DNA of 64,000 nt from Octopus bimaculoides (lineage: Eukaryota), in contig NC_068984.1 in assembly GCF_001194135.2 (NCBI RefSeq), forward strand, positions 75,952,620 through 76,016,619, read 5' to 3'. The notes below the pieces were generated by a model that worked only from the letters and a program-made list of their open reading frames with translations, made no database searches and was not told the DNA's origin. A program made the position numbers and the translations under genes. Positions 39,011 to 52,900 of the stretch are shown piece after piece; the first letter of the stretch is position 1, and each line of letters starts with the position of its first letter.

Positions 39011-40476
39011 TTAAAGTGAATACATTCTTAATTATGTGTACACATACAATAATGTATGTACATGAATAAAATAAATTTGCACAAATGTTGAATTTTGAGA
39101 AATGATTACTAAATGTAATAAGTTAACATGCACCATCTCAGGGGTGAGGAGAAGGAACTAACTTTTTCTCCAACAAAAACAAATGCTTTACGATCTCTAT
39201 ATTATAAATCTGATGTCAAGTCCCTTGATAGATGTTTTAGTAGTTCATTAAAAAACTTTTTCTGGAAGGTGGTGGTGTTGGAGAAATCTGTGAAACCAGC
39301 TTCATAACTAATAATAACTGACAGCTTGTCGTTTCACATAATAACATCGTTATCTTTACTACATAACATTATCCTGATATGTGGAAACAATAATAATAAT
39401 AATCATTATGACTACCATCAGCAGCATGAACATCTCCACCACTATTATCAGGAAGATTGGTTTTCAGATCTGTTTCTTCCATGCTGGCATGGGTTAGACA
39501 GATCTTAAATTCAATACTTTCTTATGCGTATCAAGTTTGAAGACTATTTTTATGAGGATGTCCCAGTTTATCATCTAATAATAGCTAGATGCTATTACTG
39601 TCAGCCGTCAAAATATAGACACCATAGAAGTTATCTTCTAGACATATAACCTGATAACATATGTGAATTTCTTTTGACTAGACATGAAGAACTACATTTT
39701 TTAGGAACAAGATATAATTAATTAGACTGAACCAGCATATTGCTGGTACAAATTATTACTAACTGCAGAAGAAAGCAGGGCATAGCAGTACTAGAGAAAA
39801 ACATCATCATCATTTAACGTCTGTTTTCATGCTGACATGGGTTGGATAGTTTGACAGGGAGCTGTCCAGACTCCAACTGTCTATTGTGGCATGGTTTCTA
39901 TGGCTGGATGCCCTTTCTAATGCCAACCATTTAACAGTGAGCTGGGTCCTTTTTATGTGCCACTGATATGGAAAGATAAATGGCAACATAGAACACTATG
40001 AAGCAAAGTAAAACTAGGCCCAGGAATGATTTGAACACAAAAGTATAGAAATTTCTCAACTTGTAAAAGTTTACTTATATAAATCTGATATTACCTTTCA
40101 TGTAATAATCAGTTTTTAGTCAAGTATATGAATTTAAATTTTAACATCTTTAAACTATCGATTTCATGCAAGTTCCTGTGTTAAGCATGGGCTAAAGTGA
40201 ATACATTCTTGATTAGGTGAACACACATACAAGAATGTATGTACATGCAAAAAATAAATTTGTACAAATGTGGAATTTTGAGAAATGATTACTAAATGTA
40301 ATAGTTAGCATGCACTATCCCAGGAGTGGGAGGGGGGAACTATACCTTTTTCTCCAACAAAAACAAATGCTTTATGATCTCTATATTATAAATTTGATAT
40401 CAAGTCCCTTGATAGATGTTTTAGTAGTTCATTAAAAAGTTTTCTGGAAGGTGGTGGCATTGGAGAAATCTGTCAA
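39006..40476. repeat. Local direct duplication of ~290 bp (39006-39295 and 40187-40476)
   Basis: Collinear from atgggy taaagtgaatacattc to ggagaaatctgt(g/c)aaa. Not seen elsewhere in the window. Confidence 0.92.
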
Positions 40477-41036
40477 AGACAACAAAGGGGCCTGCATTGT
40501 GGTAGCTTGTTCTACTAGTAATAACAATCAATTCTCCCTCAAATCACACCTACAATATTGAAAGGACACATTAAATAATGTAATAGTATTGGATACAGTA
40601 TGACTAAAAAGAAAAGATGGGATGATCACTGCTGAAAGGTCTTTGTCAGTGTTCAACCAGGGCTGATCTGGAGTTAAATAAATATATGTAGGATATTATA
40701 GCAGATCATAATAACAATAAAAGTGTTATTAAGATGTTACAATTACACTGTATGGTGTAGCAGTGTGTTATGGTGTAAACAGAAGGTAGAACAAAGAAAT
40801 AAGCTTCGTGAGAGACAGCAAGATAGAAAGCAGATCATTTGGAAAAATGGTCAGTATTTTTAGGACAGTTAATGTTTCACTTGTAAGTGAGTATTCATAC
40901 CATTATGGAAGTATATAGCCATCTAATAACATATGTACAGTATGTATTTGCTTCATGTGTGTTGCGATTGCACACAATAACAGGGTTTACAGACGTGCAT
41001 GCACTTACAGTATCATGTATGTGCACAATATACAGT

Positions 41037-41206
41037 TGTGGCTGAGTCGTAAGAAGCTTGCTTCCCAACCACATGGTTCCAGGTTCAGTTCCACTGTGTA
41101 GCACCTTGGGCAAGTGTCTTCTATTATAGCCTCAGGCCAACCAAAGCCTTGTGAGTGGATTTGGTAGCTGGAAACTGAAAGAAGCTTGTTGTTTGCATAT
41201 ATATAT
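41037..41206 (+). mobile_element. CORE-like SINE family A 5' half
   Basis: gtggctgagtcgtaagaagcttgcttcccaaccacatggttccaggttcagttccactgtgtagcaccttgggcaagtgtcttctattatagcctc. Confidence 0.8.
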
Positions 41207-41700
41207 ACTAGCTGAATAGTCTGTTGTTGCCAGGCAATGTAATGCCTAATATAAATTTTTATTTATTCCATGTCAGAGTATGCCTCCCTGACAGACAGGC
41301 CTCTTAATCAGGACAGATTTGTGTAATTTTTCCCCAAAATACTTCGTTGAGGATTTTTTCCCCTTTTAAAATTATTTACATGTCTGTTCGACCATTTCCC
41401 ATGACTTTATTCATTAAAACTTAAGTCCTTACAACTTTGGTTGTTGCAATGCTTTACTTTCATTTGTTTAATAAAAATGCCACCTCCTAATGATCGTGCT
41501 TTCATTCCGTGATAGACAGCTATCATGCAGAAAATGCCAGCTTCCAAATCCTGTTTTCTGATTAGGTAAAACTGATTAAACTTTAAACCTCAGTAACATT
41601 TTTCTGCAGCTTTTCTGGAACAAATAAATAACGAAATTGGATTTAATGTGGAAAACCATTTCAAGATACCAAATTTGGAAATTTTAATGTAATTTTAAAA
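41207..41700 (+). mobile_element. Possible Helitron/HINE-like non-autonomous element
   Basis: Begins actagctgaatagtctgttgttgccagg within a (TA)n tract, resembling ACTAGC...CCCGGCGTTGCCCGG starts (recalled). The 3' end is not defined. Confidence 0.3.
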
Positions 41701-43021
41701 TCTCAGTCTACCCCGACAAACACAAAACCAAGAAGGGAACATTAATGCATAGGCAAATAAGTAATTAGCAGAGAAGGAAAATATAATAGGAAAATTTGAC
41801 TGGGGGTGTTGTTGTTACCTCCTACAGTTACTNNNNNNNNNNGGGGGGGGGGGGGAGAAATTTTACTAAGAAACAGAGAGGGGAACAAAGATTCCCTTTA
41901 AGGGGAGGGAACTGCTTCGAGGTTTATAATTTATTATTATTATTATGAGGTCTTTTTCTTATGGTTGAAAGAGTATATGAAATAACATTTCCATATAATA
42001 CATTTTTCTCTTCTCTTTTTAAGTATCCTAGTAGTTGTGCTAAACAAATACAAACACAGAATATTAAGCAACATGAAACAGCATCAAAGAAAGAAAAGCC
42101 AACAAGAATTATGCCACAGGAATATATATATATATGAACCAAAACGGTGCTTCTATGTGGTCTGTGGTCATATGACTTACTTCAAAATGGCAGCCAAGTT
42201 TCCCTCAAATCACACCCTAGCATCTTTCAAAAAAAAAAAAAAAAAATCGGTGGGATACATTGTTGAATGTAATCCTAAATATACTGTCTCAAAACATGAT
42301 ATAATGCTCACAACAAGACTACCTATGATCAAAGGTCTGCTTAGTTGGGATTTCCCAGGGCTAAAGAACAACTACCACATATGGTTAGGCAATATGTAAC
42401 AAACAGACTATTTAAAACTGCATATAATTGGAGTTTTTATCAATATTATTCTTTGAAAGAAGTATACATGTACATACACATGCAAACACACCATATGCAT
42501 ACATCTGATACTTACAGCAAGTTATACCAGAATAGTAACACTATACTGTAATGGACTTAACAGATTACACTTACTATATCAATAGCATGTGTTGTGCATC
42601 ACCCACAACCAGCCAATAAACCAGATACTCATGAAAATCAATTGAACTAGCTAGCAACTACTGAATTATATATATATTTTTTCATGTATTTTTCTTTTCA
42701 GTACTGAGTTTTATCTTTTAAATTAAAATTTATCCGTGATGAATAGGAAGAGAGAAAGATATTGCACACAAAATATGAAAGGAAAAAAAAAACCTAATAA
42801 AATTTTTTAAGGATATATTTCAATAAGATGAAAAACCTGAAAATATTCCAGTCATTCAAGCTTGCTTTATTATTGATATTTTATGTGATATTCTTTTGGC
42901 AAACAAAGAAAATATTTCATATTATTATAATAATAATAATTTATATATTATTAATATATCATTATTATCACCTCAAGTTGGTTGAATGGCAGGAAAAATA
43001 ATACAGCAATAGATTAAACAG

Positions 43022-43055
<34 letters not shown>

Positions 43056-43820
43056 ACGCGCGCGCGCACACGAGTGAGCAATGCATTTTCCTATAAAATT
43101 AAATTAACATATGATGTCTTAACTCGCACCTAAAAACTATTAAATAACTTAAACCAGTACAATCCAAAAATGTATGAAATAAACTAATTGAGAATCTCTG
43201 ACAGTTCCAGAATCCATAGGTTAACTTAGTAGCCTATACAAAAACACAAGTCTACAGATAAACACCATGAACAAATTTCAGAATGCCACACTAAAACACA
43301 TAAAGAACCATATATACAAAAACATTGTACTCAATCAATCAGATAATGTTAGAGACATAAACAACTAAGGAATAAAGTCAACAAAACTGGGAATTCCCTC
43401 TTCAGCAGCCTAATGGATATCAGTTCAATTTCAACACCTACATGTAAGATCACCACTTCTGCTGTCAGCTGTAAAACATAATCCAACACTGCCTGGGAAT
43501 ATACAATCCAAATAGTTTGCACCCAGATCATAATTACAAGCTTAACTACCTGTAACCCAGTTACATTGCAACACAAAATTCAATTAAATACATTACAAAA
43601 ACCAATAATTACCCAATCAACAATAAACACCTATAATGATAAACCAAAAAAATGTATGATACAAATAAATTAAACTAATCAACACAGATAACCATAAAAA
43701 CTGCCATACATGAACAATAATCAGAAACAAATAGTTAGAACCAACAAATAACATATATTAACAAACTTCACATTTAATGTCCAAATACACACACATGTGT
43801 GTATGTATGTATGTATGTAT

Positions 43821-43916
<96 letters not shown>

Positions 43917-44610
43917 TTTATATAATCTGTGTAAAAATACAATTTATGGATGTGTGTGTATACACAAATCAGTAATTTTCTTTTCTATGTTGATATGGAT
44001 TAGACTAGAGTTTTTGAGACAGTATATAATTTTCCTGTTACCAATCCTTATCGTTGAAGTAAAATATTTTTATTCCACTGGTCTTTAAATGAAATTGACA
44101 GACCAGATACACTGTTGCCAGGAGATATAAAAATGTACCATTCTCTTACTTGAAAAACAAGGACTGGCAACCGACAACGTCCAGCCATAGAACACTGCCT
44201 CAGTAATTCATTTAATCCATGAGAAAAGCAGGTGGAAGAAAACAATATACACACACACATATCATAATATTATTCACCTTTTCCCAATTTTGATTACCCA
44301 CTCAGCAGTTTGACCCAACAAGGAAACTGCTATATGGTGACTTGACTTGCTAGAAACAGCAGCCAACAACTATCTCACATCACTACACTCTCATAAAAAA
44401 AAAAAAACAATACATCAAATAATGAAATCCTGCATGTGAACAAAAGACCAAGATGGTCCCAGTTGTAGTATCTTTGATCTGCTTATTTAGTCTACAATAT
44501 ACGATATGATATACATGTGGCTATGAGCAAATATATAAAATAAAATCAAAGGTTCAGATTAGGTAATTAGGTGAGAATAGTGGAATAAGAACTTTATAGT
44601 TGCTGTTTAA

Positions 44611-44813
44611 CCCTTTGGCATTGAAATTATTCTGTCAAATGTTCTGAATTTGAATTAATCATGTATTAACTCATAGCTTTGAGATTTCAACGGTGTGATT
44701 GTTTAATATTAGAATGACATTGTAAGATAAGTGTGAGAGGCTGGATCAAATTGGTTTGAACATAAAACAGCTAGAATATTGGGCCTAATGTGGTCTGCTT
44801 TAATGCTAAAGGG
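44611..44813. mobile_element. piggyBac-like MITE family 1 (203 bp), inserted into a family D repeat
   Basis: TTAA (44607-10)+ccctttggcatt ... aatgctaaaggg+TTAA (44814-17). The flanks rejoin as tgctgtTTAAccccag...gccctaatcaagcaga, a minus-strand family D tail. Confidence 0.85.
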
Positions 44814-46559
44814 TTAACCCCCAGTAGAATAGCCCTAATCAAGCAGAATAAATGACCAAATGCTTTCCAACCATGACTATTCCACAGTCCATCTCCAACA
44901 TATTTTCTGTTTACTCTTTAAGATGGGCAGGAGGTATTTATTAGTTAGAGGAACTATATGGAGCTTCTCTTGCAAAATAGGACAAAACCAAGTAAAATAA
45001 TAAATATATTATGAGAAGATTATAACAAATAAACACTACATTTAATGTTGATCAATATTATTTTAATAATCCTGATCAGCTTGCAACTTCAGTAGCTATT
45101 TCTCAAGGAGTCATAATTCTGCCAATTAACCTCAAAAATAGTTTATTACAAGTGAAGATGGACAAGAAAGTTATGATTCTGAAATGTATAAAGGTAATTC
45201 CAGAAATAATTCTACTAATAGGCACAAGGCTTGAAATTTGGGGGAGGGGGATAGTCAGTTATACCAACTCCAGTACTCAACTGGTACTTACTTTATTGAC
45301 CCTGAAAGGATAAAATAATGAGAGAAAGAGCCTAGTAAGCCTTTCTCTTGGCTTATCTGGCTTTATATTTCTGGAATTATTAGGACAAATAGACAGACAG
45401 AGAGAAAGTGATATGTATTATACTTTCTCTCTCTCACACACACACACACATACACATACATACAAACATACGCATGCATAGAACGAGATAGATATAGTGA
45501 ATGCTAAGGAGTTCGATTGTTTAGATATGTAAAGAGAAAGGTGGGTAAAGCCAGTTATTAACTAGTAGTGTGTCAATAGCAGTCACAAGAGCGAGAGTAT
45601 AACAATTAAGGAATAGCTATTACAATGTCAGAATGTAACTGTGGCTCAGAGAAAAATTAAACTGATAGAAACAGAATGAGATAACACTGCTGACTAGCAA
45701 CCAGAGAACATGAATAATGCAATAAGCCAACCAACAAGAAAGCCTGTCTGGTGGTTAACAAACCTGCTAAAATTAGATGCCAAATTACCATCAACCAAAT
45801 CACACAGCCTACTCTCTTAAAAGGGGATGGACATATTGGGATACATAGCCTCAGACTCATTATGCATGGAGAAAAAAAATTAGTGGGATATCATGGCTGG
45901 AATGCCTTTACTTTTTGTGTTTGTTTGATCAGAGTGGACCTGCGATTAAACAACAACAATGAATGTAATAATGCATTGCCATGCTTACACACACACCCAC
46001 ACTATTTTCTGTTCATGCGGCAGTTAATATGTGCCGATATTCTATGGACTAGTCTTCTATGAATAGAGGATTTGTTATAATTAATTCTTCCAAATAAATT
46101 TGCTGCAAAATAATCAGTTCAAATGCAAAGTAGTTTTACTTCATCCAGGCCAGTATAACAAGTCCTAGTCAAACACTGAGTCAATTAAATTGACTTACAC
46201 CTACCCATAAAATTTGTGGCCTCATGCCATGTTATAATCGCTGCTATTGTACATTTATTTTTACCATGCAAGTATGGGCGATGCTTTTACAAATGTATTT
46301 GCATACAGTTGGGGCGATCATTTCAACAACTTAGTACTTAAGAGAATGATTCTATCATCTGAAAAGGCTAAAGCAAAAAGAGTTATAGTCCTTTTCTAGG
46401 AACTCAAAAATCTCTTGTGATAGTAAAGTCGTAGTTCATGACTATGAAGTTGGCAGCTAAGCAATGCCATTATGATCCATTACAATTAATCGTTATAAAG
46501 GCAAAGGGGCATAACAATTTTATGCTAAAAAGATAGCAAAGCCAAACTCATTTTGAATT

Positions 46560-46703
46560 TGGAGTGGTTGGCGTTAGGAAGGGCATCCAACTGTAGAAAC
46601 TTTGCCAGATCAGATTGGAGCCTGGCGCAGCCTTCTGGCTTGTCAAACTGTCAAACCCATGCCAGCATGGAAAGTGGACGTTAAACAATGATGATGATGA
46701 TGA
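46560..46703 (+). mobile_element. Family B 3' end
   Basis: ggagtggttggcgttaggaagggcatcc...ggaaagtggacgttaaacaa(tga)n. Confidence 0.85.
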
Positions 46704-46719
46704 TATATAAGATGCATTC

Positions 46720-46835
46720 GGGAGTTAGCATCCTGGTAACCAACTACTGGACAGGAAAGGCCATCAAAATTGTTCTTCACCTTCCTCAGAGTCCAGGTCT
46801 TGCACCCTGTGACTTGGATGTTCCCCAAGCTGAAG
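46720..46835 (+). mobile_element. Mariner transposase fragment
   Basis: VLHLPQSPGLAPCD corresponds to a decayed HPPYSPDLAPCD motif. Confidence 0.6.
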
Positions 46836-47329
46836 GAGAACCTGATAAGTGGCAATACAAAAAAGGGGTGGAGAGCAGCATTATAAATAAACCTGTAGAT
46901 AGATAGATAGAGAGGGAGAAAGGGTACAGGATACACAGGGAGAGAGATGTTAGACAGAATTATGTAGTGGTGGCTATAGCAAGTGGGGGATGGAGGCATG
47001 AACAGCAGATATGAGATGGTGTTAAAGGTATGACTGATCTAAGATGTAGCTCAGAGGAGAGGAGAAATACCTGGAGGCATAGAAAGGGGTTGAATAGGGG
47101 AGGATAAAGTAGAAAGGGCTGACATTGAGAATGAGGGATAGATGTTAAACGAAATGGTTCCAGGAAGATGGAGAGGTGAACTAATAGGGATGAAGAATGG
47201 AGAGGTGAACTAATAGGGATGAAGAATGCAGAGATTCTGCTGTCATGATTACCGCAGCTGAATAGTGCCATTCTTAGGAGTGATGGAAAAATGAGTTTTA
47301 GGAAGATAGCATGAAGGGAAAGCTTGACA

Positions 47330-49400
47330 ATGATAAATTGGGTGCAGCAGAAGAGCCCAGTGAGTGTATAAACATAAACCCGATGCATTTAGAATCTCAC
47401 TTTTTGCTGTGATAGTCAGGTCTTATCAATCAAAGTGAAATGCCAATCATCTTTGTCCTTTGTCATCTTTACCATCATCATCATCATCGTTTAACGTCCG
47501 CTTTCCATGCTAGCATGGGTTCGACGATTTGACTGAGGACTGGTGAAACCGGATGGCAACACCAGGCTCCAATCTAATTTGGCAGAGTTTCTACAGCTGG
47601 ATGCCCTTCCTAACGCCAACCACTCAGAGAGTGTAGTGGGTGCTTTTACGTGTCACCCGCACGAAGGCCAGTCAGGTGGTACTGGCAACGGCCACGCTCG
47701 AAATGGTGTCTTTTATGTGCCACCCGCTCAAGAGCCAGTCCAGGGGCACTGGCAACGATCTCGCTCGAAAATCCTACGAAGGCCAGTCAGGCGGTACTGG
47801 CAACGGCCACGCGCCCAATATCTTCATATCAGCCTTCACTACTTTCTCCCAAGTCTTCCTGGGTCTACCTCTTCCACAAGTTCTGTCCACTTACAATGGA
47901 TTATTTTTTAGCTAAATACTTCCTCTGCAGTTGTCTTACTAGAAAGAAGACATCTGTAGTACTCTTCTCTGGCTCAAAACCAAACTACATCTCATCTAGA
48001 CTAATTCACTTCCGAATTGAGCTACAAACCTCTCTTTAACTTTCACAACCTGATTCAGTAATCTGATGCCTCTGTAAGTACTTCTAAGTAACCTTGTAAC
48101 AGTTGACTATAATGCTGCCATAGCAGATATATTAAGCTTCTCAGCAGTGATTCCTGGTGAATGAGGGGCTTTACTTGTTTTCATAAGCTTAATTGTTTTA
48201 CCTATCATACTGCTGTCAACAAGATAGCTGGTCCCTTTGTTGGGTTCATTATTGGGAAGACTCCTTTCTCTCATGCATTCTCCACATTTAGCAAACTTTC
48301 ATAGCAGCACTTCTTCACCTCCCCCTTTTCAGAATCACTAAGTGCTAGTGTACCATTATTCATCTGTGCTCATTTCTTACCAACAGCATCTAAATTTTTT
48401 ATGATACACTGTCTTGCAATACAGAACACATTTGTTATTCTCATAATATAGAATATTGGCAAACCTTTTACATTCTCCTTCTCCATTTGCTATGCAAATC
48501 TGATGCCTAGTTTCATTCCAAACAACCTGATATAATTCTCAGCTGCCTCCATTTTCTCAGTCTTTCAAAGCCTGTCTTTTTGCTTTTATAGCTCTGTCAA
48601 CCTCAGACTGGCTGGGATTTTGCAGCAGCCATGGATTTATAATCATCAGTGAGTTGTTTTAAAGATACTTCCAATTGTCATGTACACTATACATCTCTAT
48701 TTACTCTTCCTTTTACACCAATTTATGTCTCTTATTTGTTCTAGCTCTAAGTTTGAAGTTGCTAACCACTGACCTATGTTGAGTTGTATATTCTTCATCA
48801 GGAAAGACTTTGCATTCATAAATATCTGTCTATCACATTTTCCAGTAAAAATATAATGAATCTAGTCTGTGTGCCCACCAGATAGATAAGTGATCAGGCA
48901 GCTGCCTAGTTTCCTAAAGCTAATACTGCAGATAATCAGGTTATTTGCATCACAGAACTCCAAGAGCCTTGTTCATTCTTCATTTTCAGAACCACATCAC
49001 CAGCCTCCATGTGCACCATGTGATCCCACCAGAATGCTACTCAACATGTTCATTGAAGTTACCTGCCTTGAAGTTAAGGTCACTGTCACTCATCATTGAA
49101 GTAATCTGCCAAGGGGCCTCACAAACCAAAGTTCAAAGATCTGGTCTGAAGGCTTAAGTCTATCACCCAAGAAGCACAATCCATCTATTTGTCCCATCCT
49201 ACTGTTTCTATCAATCCAACTTTATTCCGAGTGCTTCAGTCAGCATAGAAGACATGTTTGATCCAAGTATTCTGGGTGAAATTGCTATGATAGTAGTCAC
49301 TCATATATGGTGCTGCAATGAGGACTAGCTCAGAGCCCAGTGATAATGAAGCAAAATTGTCAACCTCCACAACTATGCTTGTGCCCACTTTACCTTATAC
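47330..49400 (-). mobile_element. Old RTE LINE (APE endonuclease + RT start + C-terminus, RT core deleted), with a nested young family B insert
   Basis: Minus motifs RLLEFCDANNLIIC (48927-48969), YRGIRLLNQVVKV, VRQLQRKYLAKK and GTCGRGRPRKTWEKVVKADMKIL, plus MTKDKDDW beyond the insert. Confidence 0.85.
47474..47815 (-). mobile_element. Family B, young CpG-rich copy
   Basis: (CAT)n cgtttaacgtccgctttccatgctagcatgggtt...; very similar to 61472-61723. Confidence 0.88.
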
Positions 49401-49819
49401 TGGTAATGTTTTTTGTTTAAACACTACTCAAAAGATTTTTCATATCCCAAAATCATTCATAGATGATCTTTGGCAAATATTATATAGCATATAAAAAAAA
49501 AAAAAGAGAATAACTCCCAGAGTCTAAGGAAACCAGGAGTTACCTGCATCATCATTACCATTATCATCACTTAACATTCACTTTTCTATGCTTGCATGCA
49601 CATGTTGGGTGGAATTTCTACAACCAGATACTCTTTCTATCACCAACCTTCACCTGTTCCCAAGCAAGATAATATTCCCCGTGATCAGACATGCTTTCAT
49701 GAAAGACTGGAATTGAAAGACAGCACTTGCTTGATAGTGACATTTGTTTACAACTATCACAAAAAGTCATGTTAAAGAGACAGTAACACAGATGCATTTG
49801 TGTGTGTGTGTGTGTGTGT

Positions 49820-49998
49820 GCGCGTGTGTGCATGCGTGTGATGGGCTTTACACCATTTCCATTTACAAAATCTACACACAAAGCACTGGTCAACCTGGGC
49901 TAAAGAAGACACTTGTCCAAGATTCAATGTAATGAGACTGAATCCATGACCATGCGGTTGGGAAGCAAACTTCATACCAAAGAGCCACACCCATGCCT
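49820..49998 (-). mobile_element. CORE-like SINE family A fragment
   Basis: gaagacacttgtccaag...catgcggttgggaagcaaactt. Confidence 0.7.
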
Positions 49999-52900
49999 TA
50001 AAAATGAAGTTTACAAATCAAGATAGTTCATATTTAATAAGTTTATTACATAAACTTGTTTGGATTTTATTAAAAGATTATGTAGTCAATCTTTTCTGGA
50101 CAGTCAATACCTTACATAGAAAAAGAAAGTGTATTATAATCTCAGATTTGTTTGCTTAACAACACCACACACACACACACAGAGTTTATTGTTTTTCCAT
50201 ATGCTCAAGAACTGGATGCCATGACGATCAAAGTTATCTGATTGCATCTACTTTCTTCATCCCATTTTGTCTACTGTCAGTCAGTTCAATATTGATGTAT
50301 AGATAATTCAGATCAGAGTTGATCTTGACTATTCAGCACTTATTTGTATGTCATGCAAAAACTTCCATCTAACACACTACTGCTCACTCCCTGAATGTAT
50401 ATACACCTGTATGTACATGCTTTTACACACACACGTATGTGCGTTCACTTGTTTTGTTCTTTGTTCATGCTAGCACAGGTTAAATGTATGTATATGTACG
50501 CAAGTGTCTGTATGTACTGTAAAAATAACAATTGTTAAAGCTACCCTAACATAAATACCTCTCCTCAGGTAGAAATGTAAGCTAATTCTTACTCCAGTCC
50601 TTTACCCCTTCATTCTAACCCAATAACTGTCTGTATAACAAAGTCTCTTGGCAATAACTAACTCAAATCTTTCTTTAAATATTTAACCAAGATCAGTTAC
50701 TATAAAATGTCTCAAATTAAGCTTACTCCCTTCCTCCTTCCCAATCTTTCTTCCAAATCCTGCTGATTTGATATTTTAGAGGGTTTAAAGCTACACTGTG
50801 GTGTAGGTAGTGTGTAGTTCTATGATTTAAACAGAATGTCATCAGCTCTCTAACAAACAGACAACAAACTCAATGTGAACAGTGCCGAAAAAGGCAAGAT
50901 AATATCAGTAATATGTCTGCTTGTGTGCACATTGCATTTCTTCAAAATTATGACTCAGCAGCAAATACTTAATTACAGAACACAACATTCACCCCATCCC
51001 CCAAGATGCATAATCAACATCTTTAAGTGTCTTACTGCACACCCACCACAGATGTAATAGCTCTTATGTGTCATTTGTGTGCATTTCATATTGAAATCTA
51101 GATATTGACAAGTAGAACTGAAAGCTTGCTCTGGAGTCAACAAGTATGAGTTTTCAAGGGGAGAGGAATGGGGAATAGATGTTTATAAATAGTGTAAGTT
51201 AATGGCGATCACTTCAACATACATTTAAATCTGAAGAGGTATTTTACACCTAACATTTTTACTCTCATTCCCTACTCAATTCCATATCAACATGGGCAAA
51301 ATGGTGTTTCCATATTCAAAAAAAGGTTTTTAAAGATTCCTAAGGAGGAAGGAATGTCGCACATGACATGCACAGATTCTGTGAGACTGATGCAAGTGAA
51401 GAGGTTCATATTTAGTTGAAACATCTGAAAGTCAATGCCTGCAAGAAAAGCCTGGCAACAAGAATATTCCAGAGGTTGACATTCTGAAGATGGAGCATAA
51501 TGAGGAGTGGATAGTGTGGGATTTCAGACCTCAGGAAAATACTTGTACGTTTTAATATCAACTATCCTACAATAGGTTCATTAAAATGATAAGGGTATAA
51601 TACTGTGTGTATACCAGGGTTTTGTTTTAGAAAAGATTACAAACACCCTAACCACTATGTTTTAGTCAACAGAAGTCAACTGTATTAATTACATACTGAT
51701 GGTAACAACTAAATATAAAAATGTTTATCAAGTGACTAATTCACATATAAGATAAAAATTGGTCTCCTTTGACCAATTTTGTGGCAAATTATTGTAAATT
51801 AAATTATCCCAGTACTCCATCAAATTAATACTACTTAAATGATCTTGGGAATATGACAAAAGATTTAAACTCAGAACAAGGAAATAGTTTAAATATTGTC
51901 AATCTCTGGGGTATTATACATTTAAGACTACATTTTCCACTGTATCCCTCTTCTTGTGTGATTTGAGTGAGATTTGATGGCTATTTCTAGAAAAACAAAT
52001 GACCTCATAGAAGTACCCTTACTGGCATTGTATATGTATATCAGAGTTGCATTCATACTGGCATTAGTGAAGATGACCTAGTTAGCTGGAACATCTAAGA
52101 TTAATTTCCAATGAATATCAGTATTATATTCTCCTGTATTGATTTATATGGTAGAAGTTATTTATTAAAGATGATAATAAAACCAAGAAACAATTCTAGG
52201 TAGTAAAGGTATTCTAAGTAGATGTTCCAGAACAAAACTCATGTTTCATTAAGAGTAATGCCAATGTTGGCAAATAAATAGACAGTTTCTTGGCAGTTTG
52301 TTCAATCTATATTGAGTACATAGCATATAATCAATCCAATCTAATAAAGAAATAATGAATAAGATTTTCTACATAAAACATTACAAAGACCAATGTCTTT
52401 GTAATGTTTTATCACAGACTAATTTACTTTAAACTAAAATTGATGGATGGTTATGGGTTTTGCAAATTGAAACATTTGCATAGTGTCATGGAGTAAAGAT
52501 GTCCTTCATTATTATTCTATAACAGACTTCAAAAGTTGAATCTAACTATTGACAGGTATATACGTGTGGCAGTGCACTTAGAAAGTTCACTTTGTAATCA
52601 ACATGATACCATGGACAAATTAAAAACTATGAAAACTATTTTGCCCATATAGGCTTGGGGTTGAAAAAAAAAAAAAAAAAAAAACAGGGCAAAAATGTGT
52701 GTAAAATACTTTCCCAGATTTGAAATGTTCAACCCAAAACTTGTAAGTAAATACCTGTTCTTTGTAGAATCAACCAGAGATTGCTTCTTCGGCACAAGGT
52801 CAGTAATTTTGAGGGGAAGGGATTAGTTGATTACATTAACCCCATTACTTTATTTGAACAATCCCAGATGAATGGAAGATAAAGCTGGCTTCAGCAGGAT

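Noticed and set aside
47543-48039. Overlapping GC-rich ORFs (also 19291-19562 and 30264-30530)
   Set aside because: Translations of the family B subrepeats, recurring at each copy.
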